Positions 21,146-31,864 are shown, counted from the stretch's first letter. The stretch is DNA of 64,000 nucleotides from Candidatus Poribacteria bacterium (GCA_036339735.1 JAYZAL010000104.1:70833-134832); one strand, 5' to 3'. Notes: generated by a model not told the origin, from the letters alone. Program-made: numbers and translations.

Positions 21146-21545
21146 TTAGCTATAGTAATTTAATTTTTTATATTGAAATTTTCACCTATCGACATAATAA
21201 TGGAAGTCGCAAAGAAAGCAAAAGCGTCGTTCTGCCATATCCATTTCAATAATTGCTATATCTAGTAAATTGAGACTAATGAAAAATGATCAGTTAACAT
21301 TATTTACAATTTTATAAAAGATTAGATTAAAATTCTGTATTGATTTGTCAATTCGATTAATCAATTCTGCATCTTTTTAGATTGACAGAGCTTTCAAACA
21401 TCAAAGCTTATATTTTGATGTACTTGATAGAAACAAGAGATGTATTCGTAGAAAACAATTTTCTCACCAACCAAATAATCTGATCTTTTTAATTTTGCAC
21501 TTACTAAGCTGAAGGATCTAAATACTAAAGCCTATGAATAATTAA

Positions 21546-22340
21546 TTGAGTGTCAAAGGGTTTATTCTGAAAATGGAACTAACTACTGAACAGAAGTCTT
21601 ACTGGATCAAAAATGGTTTTCTTAAACTAAAGAATGTTTTTGGCCAAGATGATCTATGCCAAATTAAAGCCTGGATTACAAAAATTGAAACGAGTCCTGT
21701 TGATTCTGTAGGAGGGATTTTACATTATTACGAGATAATAAATGGTGAAAAGATCATTACTCGTAGCGAGCGATACTTGAATTTTTCCAAAGAGTTGACA
21801 GATTTTATAACTAAAGGAATCATCATGAAAATATTAGAACAGCTAATGGGATCTGGAGTGGTTCTCTTTAAGGAAAAAATTAACTATAAATACCCAATGG
21901 GAGGAGGATATGCCCCCCACCAAGATGCAGCCGCCTACAAGTATGTGTCACACCATGTTACTTGCCTTGTAGCTCCAGAATCTACCACTAGTAAAAATGG
22001 TTGTTTATGGCTAGCTGCCGGCCATCACCAAAAACGTTTAATCGCCTTAAATAGTGATGGATGCATCGATAAAAAAGTTGCCGAACAGTTACCTTGGCGT
22101 GAATTATCAACTAACCCTGGAGACTTAATTTTTTTTGATTCCTACACGCCACATTTCAGTTCGCCGAATTTAAGCACTAGGGCAAGAAAAACTTTGTATC
22201 TTACCTATAACGAATCCAAATATGGTGAATTTAGAGAGCTGTATTACAAAGATCGTTCCCAACAACTCGAAAATTCTAAAAATAGAAACAAGAAGCAGAT
22301 TAGCACTATTCGGCATTTCCAAGGAGAAGCAGAAAAATAA
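21546..22340 (+). CDS. PhnY*-like Fe(II)/2OG dioxygenase (PhyH family), putative phosphonate hydroxylase
   Basis: LFKEKINYK, GGGYAPHQD, FFDSYTPH, RKTLYLTYN; immediately upstream of a PhnZ-like gene; start may be ATG 21573. Confidence 0.75.
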   Translation: MSVKGFILKMELTTEQKSYWIKNGFLKLKNVFGQDDLCQIKAWITKIETSPVDSVGGILHYYEIINGEKIITRSERYLNFSKELTDFITKGIIMKILEQLMGSGVVLFKEKINYKYPMGGGYAPHQDAAAYKYVSHHVTCLVAPESTTSKNGCLWLAAGHHQKRLIALNSDGCIDKKVAEQLPWRELSTNPGDLIFFDSYTPHFSSPNLSTRARKTLYLTYNESKYGEFRELYYKDRSQQLENSKNRNKKQISTIRHFQGEAEK

Positions 22341-22342
22341 TT

Positions 22343-22954
22343 ATGGATAATCTTATTGACCCAAACTTAGCTAATTCATTTAAAAATAAATCTCCGGAAG
22401 GAAAAGCTATTCTTTTAACGGATTATATGGTTAAAAATGGAATCACTTATTACGACGAATCAGTTACTCAATTGGAACATGCTCTACAAGCTGGTAATTT
22501 AGCAAGAAATGCTGGGGCAGACGCTTTTTTAACCTCTGCAGCACTGCTCCATGATATTGGACATTTTTTACTGGATGAACATGACGCACAGCAGATTTTT
22601 TTGGAAGAAGATTTAAATCATGAAGTCGTAGGAGCTAATTATCTGTCCCCATTTCTTCCTGAGAAAGTAATCATCCCGATACGCTTTCATGTACCAGCCA
22701 AGCGATACCTATGCACTACCGATAATGGTTACCATGAAACTCTTTCAGATGCTTCAAAAAAAAGCTTCCAACTACAAGGGGGAAAAATGTCAAGCGATGA
22801 AGTTGAAAAATTTGAAAGAATTCCTGATTTTGAAACTGCCTTACAAGTTCGCAGATGGGATGATCTGGCTAAAGATACAGACCTCGTAAGTAATAACATA
22901 TCAGACTTTATTGGGGACTTAACTTTAGTTTTTGAGGCAGCAATAAACATGTAA
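22343..22954 (+). CDS. phnZ: PhnZ-like HD-domain di-iron oxygenase (C-P bond cleavage)
   Basis: YYDESVTQLEHALQ, AALLHDIGH, HEVVGA, HVPAKRYL, LSDASKKSFQLQGG, RRWDDLAK. Confidence 0.85.
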   Translation: MDNLIDPNLANSFKNKSPEGKAILLTDYMVKNGITYYDESVTQLEHALQAGNLARNAGADAFLTSAALLHDIGHFLLDEHDAQQIFLEEDLNHEVVGANYLSPFLPEKVIIPIRFHVPAKRYLCTTDNGYHETLSDASKKSFQLQGGKMSSDEVEKFERIPDFETALQVRRWDDLAKDTDLVSNNISDFIGDLTLVFEAAINM

Positions 22955-23056
22955 TTGCAAACAGTTCGACAATGAATGGAATTTGAAATTTGCCCCTTTT
23001 CTCAGGTTGTGCTACGATCGACGTATTGGAAGAACAAACTAAGTGAGTAATATTCA

Positions 23057-24343
23057 ATGAACAACAAACCGATTTTGGTACGTTTTCGTTTATCACTGAT
23101 GATGTTTCTACAGTATGCAGTCTGGGGTGCCTGGTCTCCACTCGCTGCCCGTTATCTATCAGCCAGTGTTGAAAACGGTGGACTTGGTTTCAGCTCGCAA
23201 CAAATTGGTATGATTTTGGGGCTAGCAGGTTCAATCGGAGCTGTTTCTGCCCCATTTATAGCAGGCCAAATTGCTGATCGATATTTCAGCACCGAGCGGG
23301 TGTTGGCATTTTTGATCCTGGTAGGTGGGTTAGTCAAGTGGTATACGGCAACACAAACTACTTACAAATCGTGGCTGCTGTTATCTATTCTCTACAGTGT
23401 ACTTTATATGCCAACCCTAGCGTTATCAAACTCAATTACTTTTTCACATCTGACTGACCGAGACCGAGATTTTCCTAAAATACGAGTCTGGGGCACAATA
23501 GGTTGGATTGTGGCCAGCTGGGTTTTTGCCATGTTCTGGTTACAAAAGCAACTTGGATGGCAGTGGATGCCTCCCTTTTTGGTTGGCGTTGAAGTTGAAG
23601 GTGTCACGCGTCGATTAGCTGATTCCTTGACTTTCGCTGGCGTATTATCGATTATCTATGCTGGGTTCTGTCTCTTTTTACCAAATACCCCACCGAAAAA
23701 AAATGCGACAGAAAAACTAGCTTTTAAAAAAGCGTTTGCATTATTACAAAGACCGAATTTTACGGTTTTAGTCCTTGCGAGCTTAATTGTCAGCGTAATT
23801 CACCAAATTTACTTTTTGCAAGCCGGTCCTTTTTTATCTTACATTGGTTTGAAAGATAGCCAGATTGGTCCAGCAACAACGATTGGTCAGTTTGCTGAGA
23901 TTTTAACTATGGCTTTTCTCGGGTACTTCATAAAGAGACTTGGTTTCCGAAAAGTTATTACCATCGGGACATTTGCTTATTTTGCCCGTTACGTAGTTTT
24001 TGGTATGACTAATTTACCTGTTTGGTTAATAGTAATTAGTCAAGCATTCCACGGTTTTTGTTATGCTTTCTTTTTCGCCGCAGCTTTTATTTATGTTGAT
24101 AAAGTTGCTGATGAAGACGTACGCCATTCTGCACAAACAGTCTTTGGTATCATTATTTTGGGCGGTGGACCAGTTTTGAGTGGTTTCTTATCCGGTGCTT
24201 TGGAAAACGTTTATACGCCAGAAGGTGGCGATTTTAATTTTTCTCAATTTTGGTATACGCTAGCTGTTATTGGTCTGGTTGCAACACTATTTTTTGTCTA
24301 CTTTTTTCGGTCCGAAACTGAACACGATGCAACTGAAGCCTGA
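23057..24343 (+). CDS. MFS transporter, nucleoside:H+ symporter (NupG-like) family
   Basis: LSLMMFLQYAVWGAW, GQIADRYF, YMPTLALSNSI, FPKIRVWGTIGWI, GQFAEI, HGFCYAFFF. Confidence 0.88.
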   Translation: MNNKPILVRFRLSLMMFLQYAVWGAWSPLAARYLSASVENGGLGFSSQQIGMILGLAGSIGAVSAPFIAGQIADRYFSTERVLAFLILVGGLVKWYTATQTTYKSWLLLSILYSVLYMPTLALSNSITFSHLTDRDRDFPKIRVWGTIGWIVASWVFAMFWLQKQLGWQWMPPFLVGVEVEGVTRRLADSLTFAGVLSIIYAGFCLFLPNTPPKKNATEKLAFKKAFALLQRPNFTVLVLASLIVSVIHQIYFLQAGPFLSYIGLKDSQIGPATTIGQFAEILTMAFLGYFIKRLGFRKVITIGTFAYFARYVVFGMTNLPVWLIVISQAFHGFCYAFFFAAAFIYVDKVADEDVRHSAQTVFGIIILGGGPVLSGFLSGALENVYTPEGGDFNFSQFWYTLAVIGLVATLFFVYFFRSETEHDATEA

Positions 24344-24364
24344 CAATAAGGATAAAAATAAATT

Positions 24365-26029
24365 ATGAAAAAAGTATTATTGGTTGTTAATAATCAGCAG
24401 CCACCGTATAGTGATTTCACTCAAATGTTTAGTCAAATCACTCTCGACTCAGGTCAATTTGAGTTAGATGTTAGTGAAGATCGTGATAGTTTTACTAAAC
24501 TTGATGGGTTTGATGCGGTTGCGCTCTATATTGGTGGAGGTGAACTAACCTCTGATCAAGAAGAAGGCTTGGCTAAGTTTGTCAGAAGTGGTGGTGGACT
24601 GCTAGCTGTACATGCCTCTAACGCCGGATTGGGTCATTACGGTACTTATAGTGATTTAATCGGTTCAGAATTCGTCGAGCATGACCCTTTAGCTCCCTTC
24701 GAGATCCATGTGGAGAACAATGTTGATGACATTCTTCCAAGATTGAGTAAGAATTTTCAAGTTACCGATGAATGTTATCAAATGAAAATTCGCACTTCAG
24801 CCGAGCTCCGCTATTTTCAGTATGGCAGTTGGCGTATGGAACGGTACCCTCTAGGTTACGTTTATGATTATGGATCAGGTAGAGTCTGCTACAATGCACT
24901 TGGGCATGATAAAAGAACCTTTGAACATCCTGACTTTCAGGATCAGTTAATTAAAGGGCTTAGATATGTATGTCAATCGAACGACCGGTTAGAATCAATA
25001 CGAATCGGTCTAGTCGGTTATGGCCCACAGTTTGGAATGGGTAAACACCATTCAGAAAACATTGACCGAACGTATGGCTTCGAGTTGGCTGCAGTTTGTG
25101 ACCAAGATTCGTCTCGATTGGAAGCAGCACAATCAGAACAAGGAGATAGCATTTCTGTTTTCACTTCAGTTGAAGAAATGGCTCAGAGTGGATTAATTGA
25201 CATGGGTTTGGTAATTGTTCCTCATGCATTCCATGCGCCAGTGGCTAGAGTTCTACTGGAAGCAGGGTTGCATACCATCACTGAGAAACCATTTGTTTTA
25301 AAAGTTTCAGAGGCTAACGAATTGATTGCTATCGCCAATGAAAAAGGGGTTATGTTGTCCACTTATCATAACCGGCACTGGGATCCTGATATCTTAACCG
25401 CTAAGGCTGCAATCAATTCAGGCTTAGTTGGTCAGATTTTTTCTATCGAATGTAATATGAATGGATATGGAATGCCAGGTCAGCAATGGCGTTCTCATAA
25501 ATCGATTTCTGGTGGTATGCTTTATGATATGGGAGCACACCAATTTGAGAAAATTCTGCAATTGGTACCACAAAATGACGAAAAAGGAAATCGAATCAAC
25601 AAGAAAGCTACTCTATACGGACACTTTATTAAACCCAAGTGGCATGCCAGTACTAATGAAGACTATTGTCGTTCGTACATTCGGTTCGATAGTGGTTTGG
25701 AGGCTCAATTAGTACAATCCAATTTAAGTGCGGCTAATAAACCACTATGGACGATTTTGGGTACTCAAGGTGCAATTACCATTGAAAATTTTGATGGGCA
25801 AACCACGGTTACTTCGATCTTAGACGATGGCCGACAAATGAAAATTGATTACCCTAGAGTTACAACTGGTGGATGGCAAACTTACTATAAAAATGTGGCT
25901 GACCATCTACTATCGAACCTACCCCTAATTATTACAAAGGAATGGGCGAAAGCCACCATTCAGTGTATCGAAGGCTGCGAAACCGCAGCACGTGAAAACC
26001 AATTAGTAGAAATTGAATTCGATTTCTAA
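24365..26029 (+). CDS. ThuA-like domain fused to Gfo/Idh/MocA oxidoreductase
   Basis: N-terminal GGGLLAVHA, DECY, YGSGRVCYNALGHD; C-terminal LVGYG, EKPF, YHNRHWD, GGMLYDMGAH. Confidence 0.85.
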   Translation: MKKVLLVVNNQQPPYSDFTQMFSQITLDSGQFELDVSEDRDSFTKLDGFDAVALYIGGGELTSDQEEGLAKFVRSGGGLLAVHASNAGLGHYGTYSDLIGSEFVEHDPLAPFEIHVENNVDDILPRLSKNFQVTDECYQMKIRTSAELRYFQYGSWRMERYPLGYVYDYGSGRVCYNALGHDKRTFEHPDFQDQLIKGLRYVCQSNDRLESIRIGLVGYGPQFGMGKHHSENIDRTYGFELAAVCDQDSSRLEAAQSEQGDSISVFTSVEEMAQSGLIDMGLVIVPHAFHAPVARVLLEAGLHTITEKPFVLKVSEANELIAIANEKGVMLSTYHNRHWDPDILTAKAAINSGLVGQIFSIECNMNGYGMPGQQWRSHKSISGGMLYDMGAHQFEKILQLVPQNDEKGNRINKKATLYGHFIKPKWHASTNEDYCRSYIRFDSGLEAQLVQSNLSAANKPLWTILGTQGAITIENFDGQTTVTSILDDGRQMKIDYPRVTTGGWQTYYKNVADHLLSNLPLIITKEWAKATIQCIEGCETAARENQLVEIEFDF

Positions 26030-26076
26030 ACTCAGTTGTTAATAGTCATCTAATTCAAAGATCGATGTATTTGCTT

Positions 26077-27099
26077 TTAAACTGATGGTGTACTAACCTG
26101 GACCAATTGTTTCCCCAGATTTTGGCTTTTTAGCAATCGCAGAAAAGCGCTGGGCATACTGTGAATATCTTGTACAATGTCATATTCACAGTTCAGTAAA
26201 CCTCTTTGGTACCAATCAGCCAGACATTTCCAAGCTTTTTGATGCCGATTTTGGTAGTCGTCAACTATAAATCCTTGAACACGAGCCCTAGCGACTAAAA
26301 TTCGTCTCAAAAATCGTTCACCTATGTCGGGTTTATCAAACCGGTCAGCTAGACTAACTGTACCACAGACGACAATACGAGCAAAAGTTGCGAGGTTTTG
26401 CATGACCGCATCGTGGATTGGCCCTGCGGTATTATCAAAATACAAATCAACACCATTCGGGCAAACTCTAGTAATCGCATCGACTAAATTAGGTTCAGTT
26501 TTGTAGTTAATTCCGTCATCGTAGCCGATTTTCTGACACCAAGCCAATTTTTTCCCGGAGCTAGTAATAGCGATTACCCTACAGCCAGAGAGCTTGGCGA
26601 TCTGGCCAGCGATTTGCCCAACTGACCCAGCTGCAGCTGAGATTACAACCGTATCACCTGCTTTCATAGAGCCCACTTCAATTAGACCGAAATAGGCTGT
26701 TACACCGTTTGTACCCATAAAGTCAAACCAGCACGGCAGTGGGGCTATTTCAGTATCAACCTTTCTCATCTCATTTGGTTTCAAGGCGGCATATTCCTGC
26801 CAACCGAAATTCCCAGTTACAATTAGTTGTCCAACCGGATAGTCCACTACGTTAGAGGTAACCACTTGACCAATAGCACCACCAATCATCAGATCCCCTA
26901 GGCCTACACCAGAAGTGTAGTTTTTTTGTGGGCTAATCCTACCTCTCATGTACGGTGCAACATCAAGATAAATCGCTCTGGCTACAACTTCATTTTCTTC
27001 CGGCTCAGGTACTGGTGATTCGGACATAATCCAATTATCTTCGGTCGGCATACCGTCGGGATAAGTGGCTAACCGCCACTGTCGGTTTGTTTTATTCAT
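26077..27099 (-). CDS. NADP-dependent oxidoreductase (CurA/PTGR-like MDR)
   Basis: NRQWRLA, PYMRGR, TAYFGL, SAAAGSVGQIAGQIAK, NLGKQLV. Confidence 0.9.
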   Translation of the reverse strand: MNKTNRQWRLATYPDGMPTEDNWIMSESPVPEPEENEVVARAIYLDVAPYMRGRISPQKNYTSGVGLGDLMIGGAIGQVVTSNVVDYPVGQLIVTGNFGWQEYAALKPNEMRKVDTEIAPLPCWFDFMGTNGVTAYFGLIEVGSMKAGDTVVISAAAGSVGQIAGQIAKLSGCRVIAITSSGKKLAWCQKIGYDDGINYKTEPNLVDAITRVCPNGVDLYFDNTAGPIHDAVMQNLATFARIVVCGTVSLADRFDKPDIGERFLRRILVARARVQGFIVDDYQNRHQKAWKCLADWYQRGLLNCEYDIVQDIHSMPSAFLRLLKSQNLGKQLVQVSTPSV

Positions 27100-27442
27100 T
27101 CAGAAATCCTTCTACTGGTTGAATCAGTCGATATATTTGAAAATTATCAACAAGGTTAGTTATCTCTTAAGGACTTAAGATTATATTACGTGTCTATTAA
27201 CAAAAAACAATTAATTTGAGCCCAAAGCTATAAAATCTTTGATTTCTCTCCAGTTTAATTCAGCTCAAAATCGAATTGCTTCTCGCTTAATTCTTGCTAG
27301 TTTGTCTATCGAACTTTTATCCTGAATATTCAGATTAATTAAGGCAAAAGGATGAAACAACCAACTCCTGATTCAAGTCTCGACAGCTACAATGTCCTGT
27401 GATAACATTGTTCCTCTCGTTACGCAATTAAAGGAAAAACTC

Positions 27443-28285
27443 ATGCCTGATTATAACCGAACTGCAGTTTTAAACCGATTACATTCGATTATAGCCGACA
27501 AACAGCCTCTATTGGCAGTTGGTGCTGGGACTGGAATCACTGCAAAAATGGCCGAAAAAGGGGGCGCCGACCTAATTGTAATTTATAATTCAGGTCGTTA
27601 TCGTATGTCCGGTTTTGGTTCCTGTGCTGGACTTTTGGCCTATGGTGATGCTAACGCTATCGTTATGGAAATGGGGGAACGTGAGGTTCTGCCGGTAGTC
27701 ACAGACGTACCTGTTATAGCAGGGATTAACGGAACCGATCCTACACGAAGGATGAGCAATTTTCTAAAACAAATAAAAGACATTGGTTTTGATGGTGTCA
27801 ATAATTTCCCAACAGTTGGCGTAATTGATGGTAAATTTCGTCGTACCTTAGAGGAAACTGGTATGGGATTTTATAAAGAGGTAGAAATGATTCAGGAAGC
27901 ACACCAAATGGATTTATTCACGATGGTTTACGTTTTCAACCCTAATGAATCAGAGGCCATGGCTACAGCAGGTGCTGACGTCGTAATCGCTCACATGAAT
28001 ACCACCGTTGGCGGAACGATTGGGGCAGATAGCGCCTTCGGTTTGGACGAAGCCGTACCATTAGTTCAAGATATTTGTGATGCAGCTACAAGCGTCAACC
28101 CAAACGTTATCTGCTTGTCGCACGGGGGGCCAATTGCCACAGCAAAAGAAGCCCACTACATTACCCAAAGAACCGGTTGCGTTGGTTTTGTCGGTGCATC
28201 GTCAATTGAGAGATTTGCTTGTGAAGCTAGTATGCCAAGTATAACTCGTTCCTTTAAAGATCCTAACTATACAGTAACCAGCTAA
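27443..28285 (+). CDS. Phosphoenolpyruvate hydrolase-like / TIM-barrel signal transduction family protein
   Basis: GAGTGITAK, IYNSGRYRM, GLLAYGDAN, NFPTVG, HGGPI, GFVGASSIER; start moved to ATG 27443 after AAGGA. Confidence 0.85.
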   Translation: MPDYNRTAVLNRLHSIIADKQPLLAVGAGTGITAKMAEKGGADLIVIYNSGRYRMSGFGSCAGLLAYGDANAIVMEMGEREVLPVVTDVPVIAGINGTDPTRRMSNFLKQIKDIGFDGVNNFPTVGVIDGKFRRTLEETGMGFYKEVEMIQEAHQMDLFTMVYVFNPNESEAMATAGADVVIAHMNTTVGGTIGADSAFGLDEAVPLVQDICDAATSVNPNVICLSHGGPIATAKEAHYITQRTGCVGFVGASSIERFACEASMPSITRSFKDPNYTVTS

Positions 28286-28303
28286 ATTAGACTAGCCGGA
28301 TCG

Positions 28304-29341
28304 ATGGAATATTCCTTTCAGCCAGTTCCATCTCATGCAGGGAGAGACTGGGATCAATTAATCAGCAAGTGTGAAAATACAACTGCTTTTCAAGCTTGGC
28401 ATTGGCGGACCTCTCTATCTGAGGCCTTCAATCAACTTCAACCTCACTACTTTTGGATTCTCGATTCAAAAGAGGTTGTGATTGGAGGCTGGCCAGCTTT
28501 TATTTTTCGACCTTTACCTACTGTTAAAATTTTATTTTCGCTGCCTTGGAATCTGTTTGGTGGGTATTTTCTAATCCCTGAATTTCAAGGTAATTATCGT
28601 CAACTGTGTAGGGATTTGGAGCAGCAGTTAACAATGATCACCAAGAAAGAGAAAGTATGCCAGACTAGTTTCACATTGGACTGGAATCAATCACTATTTG
28701 GCGATTATTTGCTCGAGAAGGGTTTTAAATCAGGTAGACGTCATTTTACCCACAGGTTAAAAATCGGACCAGATTATGACCAAATCTGGAGTTCTTATAA
28801 CAAGCGAGTGAGGGGTGCCGTCCGAAAATCTCAGAAAAAAGGTGTTGAAGTCTATGAAACTGATAATTCGAATCAACTAGACCAATTTTACCAAATTTAC
28901 CTGCAAACTCAACAGAGGCTCAGTGGTACACCAAAGCCATTTTCACTAATGACTCAGTTGTTTGAAAGTAATTTAGCAAAATTAGTTATTGCTAGGCAGG
29001 AAGGAAAAACAATCGCAGGTCTATTATATTTTTATTTTAATAAAACCGTTACCCTTTGGGCTGGAGCTTCGGACCCGGATTGGTGGTCGTTTCGACCTAA
29101 CAATGCGATTTTCGATCATATCATTCGTTGGTCTTGTAACGCGGGCTATGATTGGGTTGATTTTGGTGCTTCTCCACCAGATAATACCGGCTTAATAAAG
29201 CATAAAGAAGAATATCGGGCAGTTCCTTATTACTTTCAAACCTATACCAAAGTCAACCTACCACTACAATTGAAGCTGTGGCAAACCTCAGAGCCCGCGA
29301 TACGCAAAGTGTATGCCTTTCTCCAACAAATCGGACATTAA
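28304..29341 (+). CDS. GNAT/FemAB-like acyltransferase
   Basis: RVRGAVRKSQKKGVEV, RPNNAIF, WVDFGAS, GLIKHKE. Confidence 0.8.
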   Translation: MEYSFQPVPSHAGRDWDQLISKCENTTAFQAWHWRTSLSEAFNQLQPHYFWILDSKEVVIGGWPAFIFRPLPTVKILFSLPWNLFGGYFLIPEFQGNYRQLCRDLEQQLTMITKKEKVCQTSFTLDWNQSLFGDYLLEKGFKSGRRHFTHRLKIGPDYDQIWSSYNKRVRGAVRKSQKKGVEVYETDNSNQLDQFYQIYLQTQQRLSGTPKPFSLMTQLFESNLAKLVIARQEGKTIAGLLYFYFNKTVTLWAGASDPDWWSFRPNNAIFDHIIRWSCNAGYDWVDFGASPPDNTGLIKHKEEYRAVPYYFQTYTKVNLPLQLKLWQTSEPAIRKVYAFLQQIGH

Positions 29342-29393
29342 TCAATAATAAATCAAATAGGATTAGACCATGATTTCACGAGTCTAACTGGAT

Positions 29394-30584
29394 ATGCAAA
29401 AGTTAAATAAAAATAAGAGGAAAAACATTGGTATTGGGGTTATCGGCATGGGTTGGATGGGGATGGCTCATAGTCGTTCCTACCGTAATGTAGTAGAACG
29501 ATTCCCTGATTTAGAAGTTGAGCCCAAATTAGTGGCTTGTGCAGATGAAGTAGCCGAACGTGGCCAATCTGCACAAGATCGTTTTGGGTTCATTTATTCG
29601 ACCCAAAACTGGCAAAGATTGATCAACGATGATGAAATTGACGTAATAACTGTTGCAACCCCCAATAGTAGGCACCTAGAAATTGTCACTTCAGCGATTC
29701 GCGCAGGAAAGCATGTATTTTGTGAAAAACCCGTTGGTCGAACGCCAATCGAAACTCAAAACATGGCAGATTTGTCCAGTCACGCAGGGATTATATCTGG
29801 CGTAGGATATAATTACCGCTGGGCTCCAATGGTTCAACATGCTCACCAACTTATAAAAGAAGGTAAATTAGGACAAGTAACTCACTATCGAGGTCGCTTC
29901 TTTTCCAGTTATGCTAGCAACCCTAATTCGGTTTTATCTTGGCGATTCCAGAAGGAAAAAGCTGGTAGTGGCACACTCGGCGATCTGATGTCACATGTTA
30001 TCGACATGGCTCATTTTTTAGTCGGTTCAGTAGATAGTTTAGTCGCACACAGGGAAACATTCATTCGAGAACGTCCGCTCGCTGTACCAGGAGTTGGTAC
30101 TCACTTCACCGTTCGAGATGATGGTCCAAAAGGTGATGTTACTAATGAAGATTACGTTAGTGCACTGGTACAATTTGAAAACGGAGCGCAAGGCACACTA
30201 GAAGGTTGTCGAGCAATTGTAGGGCCAAAATGCGAAATGGCCTTTGAAGTCAACGGAACTAAAGGTGCAATTCGTTGGAATTTCGAGAAAATGAACGAGC
30301 TAGAAATCTATTTGCCTGAAGAATCGTCTTTTCATGATGGTTATGTGCGATCGATTTCGGACGCAAGCTATCCATTTCATGCAGCTTTTAATCCCGCAGC
30401 CGCAACAGGGCTTGGATATGATGACCTCAAGCTAATAGAGGCCTATCACTTCCTAAAAGCCATTCAAATAGGCAAACCCAATAACCCTAGTTTCCGTCAA
30501 GCGGTAACGGTGGCTCAAGTACAGGCCGCTATTCAATCATCCTGGGACAACCGCAGCTGGCAGTCAATTGCCAAGATCAATTGA
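29394..30584 (+). CDS. Gfo/Idh/MocA family oxidoreductase (IolG/levoglucosan dehydrogenase-like)
   Basis: IGMGWMG, HVFCEKP, GYNYR, WRF..AGSGTLGDLMSH, VTNEDY. Confidence 0.92.
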   Translation: MQKLNKNKRKNIGIGVIGMGWMGMAHSRSYRNVVERFPDLEVEPKLVACADEVAERGQSAQDRFGFIYSTQNWQRLINDDEIDVITVATPNSRHLEIVTSAIRAGKHVFCEKPVGRTPIETQNMADLSSHAGIISGVGYNYRWAPMVQHAHQLIKEGKLGQVTHYRGRFFSSYASNPNSVLSWRFQKEKAGSGTLGDLMSHVIDMAHFLVGSVDSLVAHRETFIRERPLAVPGVGTHFTVRDDGPKGDVTNEDYVSALVQFENGAQGTLEGCRAIVGPKCEMAFEVNGTKGAIRWNFEKMNELEIYLPEESSFHDGYVRSISDASYPFHAAFNPAAATGLGYDDLKLIEAYHFLKAIQIGKPNNPSFRQAVTVAQVQAAIQSSWDNRSWQSIAKIN

Positions 30585-30588
30585 TCGT

Positions 30589-31365
30589 CTAATTTGAAAC
30601 TTTATTTGGGTTAGCCTTGAAACCAGAAACAATTAAGTTGTTATAGGGAGTAGAAGGCTCGTAATTTACAGGTCGCATAGTTGTGCTGTGGTAGCCAAAA
30701 CGGACTGATTTCCTCCATTTGTCTGTTCTGTTGCAGTCTGACCAATGAATGGTACAGTAGCTGAAAAAGATGACGTCACCAGCCTGAGCGGGGATTTTAA
30801 TGGTTTTGACAAAGTCAGGATGAAATTGATTTGTTGGTAAGTGAGGTGCCGTATCTGCACCTGTTACATGTTCGAGTGGACCTTGATGATGGCTACCTGG
30901 TACTACTTCTAGACAACCACTTTCAAGAGGCGTATCATCCAAATGAAGTAGACAATCCACAAAATCCAATCCATCATGTGGGTAGAAAGGGTAATCTTGG
31001 TGCATTGGAAAGGGAGTACCAAGTCCAGGTGGTTTAGCATGTAGGACCGTATGGTGCCATTGTACATTATTGCTTATCAGATCTTGGACTGATCCTACTA
31101 ACTTTTGATTGAAGATAACGCGACCCCAAGCAGAAGAATAGAAATGGGGATTATGCATGAAGACAGCCTTAGTATTCAGCCGTTCCTCTTGATCTAGATA
31201 ATGGTCCCGCCAAGGACCTTGCCAACCGATAGTTTCATTGCCCCAATTTTCAATTACCTGTACCATATCAGAACTTAGTTCGTGCACTTCTGACTCAGTA
31301 AACAGAGCCTCGACCTTTAAATATCCATTTTGCTGATAAAATTCAATTTGTTCTTGATTCAACAT
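30589..31365 (-). CDS. PhyH-family Fe(II)/2OG dioxygenase
   Basis: FYQQNGYL, FPMHQD (HxD), GCLEVVPGSH, AGDVIFF..TIH; start placed at ATG 31365. Confidence 0.88.
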   Translation of the reverse strand: MLNQEQIEFYQQNGYLKVEALFTESEVHELSSDMVQVIENWGNETIGWQGPWRDHYLDQEERLNTKAVFMHNPHFYSSAWGRVIFNQKLVGSVQDLISNNVQWHHTVLHAKPPGLGTPFPMHQDYPFYPHDGLDFVDCLLHLDDTPLESGCLEVVPGSHHQGPLEHVTGADTAPHLPTNQFHPDFVKTIKIPAQAGDVIFFSYCTIHWSDCNRTDKWRKSVRFGYHSTTMRPVNYEPSTPYNNLIVSGFKANPNKVSN

Positions 31366-31459
31366 AGCGCATTCACCCAAACATTAAATTTGATCCTAAC
31401 TTAAGGTTATCATTGTTTTAAAACAAGGTTCACTAAAATAACAATGTTATAATAGAGAG

Positions 31460-31864
31460 ATGTTATCAATTAGTAATTGTCCTCATTGCCAATTTTCAAT
31501 TTCGCCTGAGTTCCAACTTGAGGACTGGTCATCAGAGATACAATCAGCGAATAAACCAACAGAGGAATTCACCAATCATAAACACCTTTCATCTGGTGAT
31601 TGCCCACGTTGCAAAAGGTGGTTAGTGATAGCCAAATGCCAAGACTGTGGTAACCAGTACTTAAACATTAATGAGTCTCCAACAGTTCCACTGTGCCATT
31701 TATGTGAAGGCATATTATCTCCAACACTATTTACAACACAAACATCGGATGAATTACGTAACCGTGAGGCGAAACTACGAACCATTTTTGGTAGACTCTG
31801 CGCAGGCATAATGCTGACAGCAGTATTACTGCAATTGATTTTGGCTTTAACGATTGTATCGTGA
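31460..31864 (+). CDS. Cys-rich (4x CxxC) hypothetical protein with C-terminal TM helix
   Basis: CPHC, CPRC, CQDC, CHLC and a hydrophobic C-terminus. Confidence 0.6.
   Translation: MLSISNCPHCQFSISPEFQLEDWSSEIQSANKPTEEFTNHKHLSSGDCPRCKRWLVIAKCQDCGNQYLNINESPTVPLCHLCEGILSPTLFTTQTSDELRNREAKLRTIFGRLCAGIMLTAVLLQLILALTIVS

Noticed and set aside
21290-21320. Possible Pho-box-like TTAACA/TTTACA repeats upstream of the phnY*/phnZ pair
   Set aside because: Spacing is about 9 nt rather than 11, in very AT-rich sequence, so probably chance
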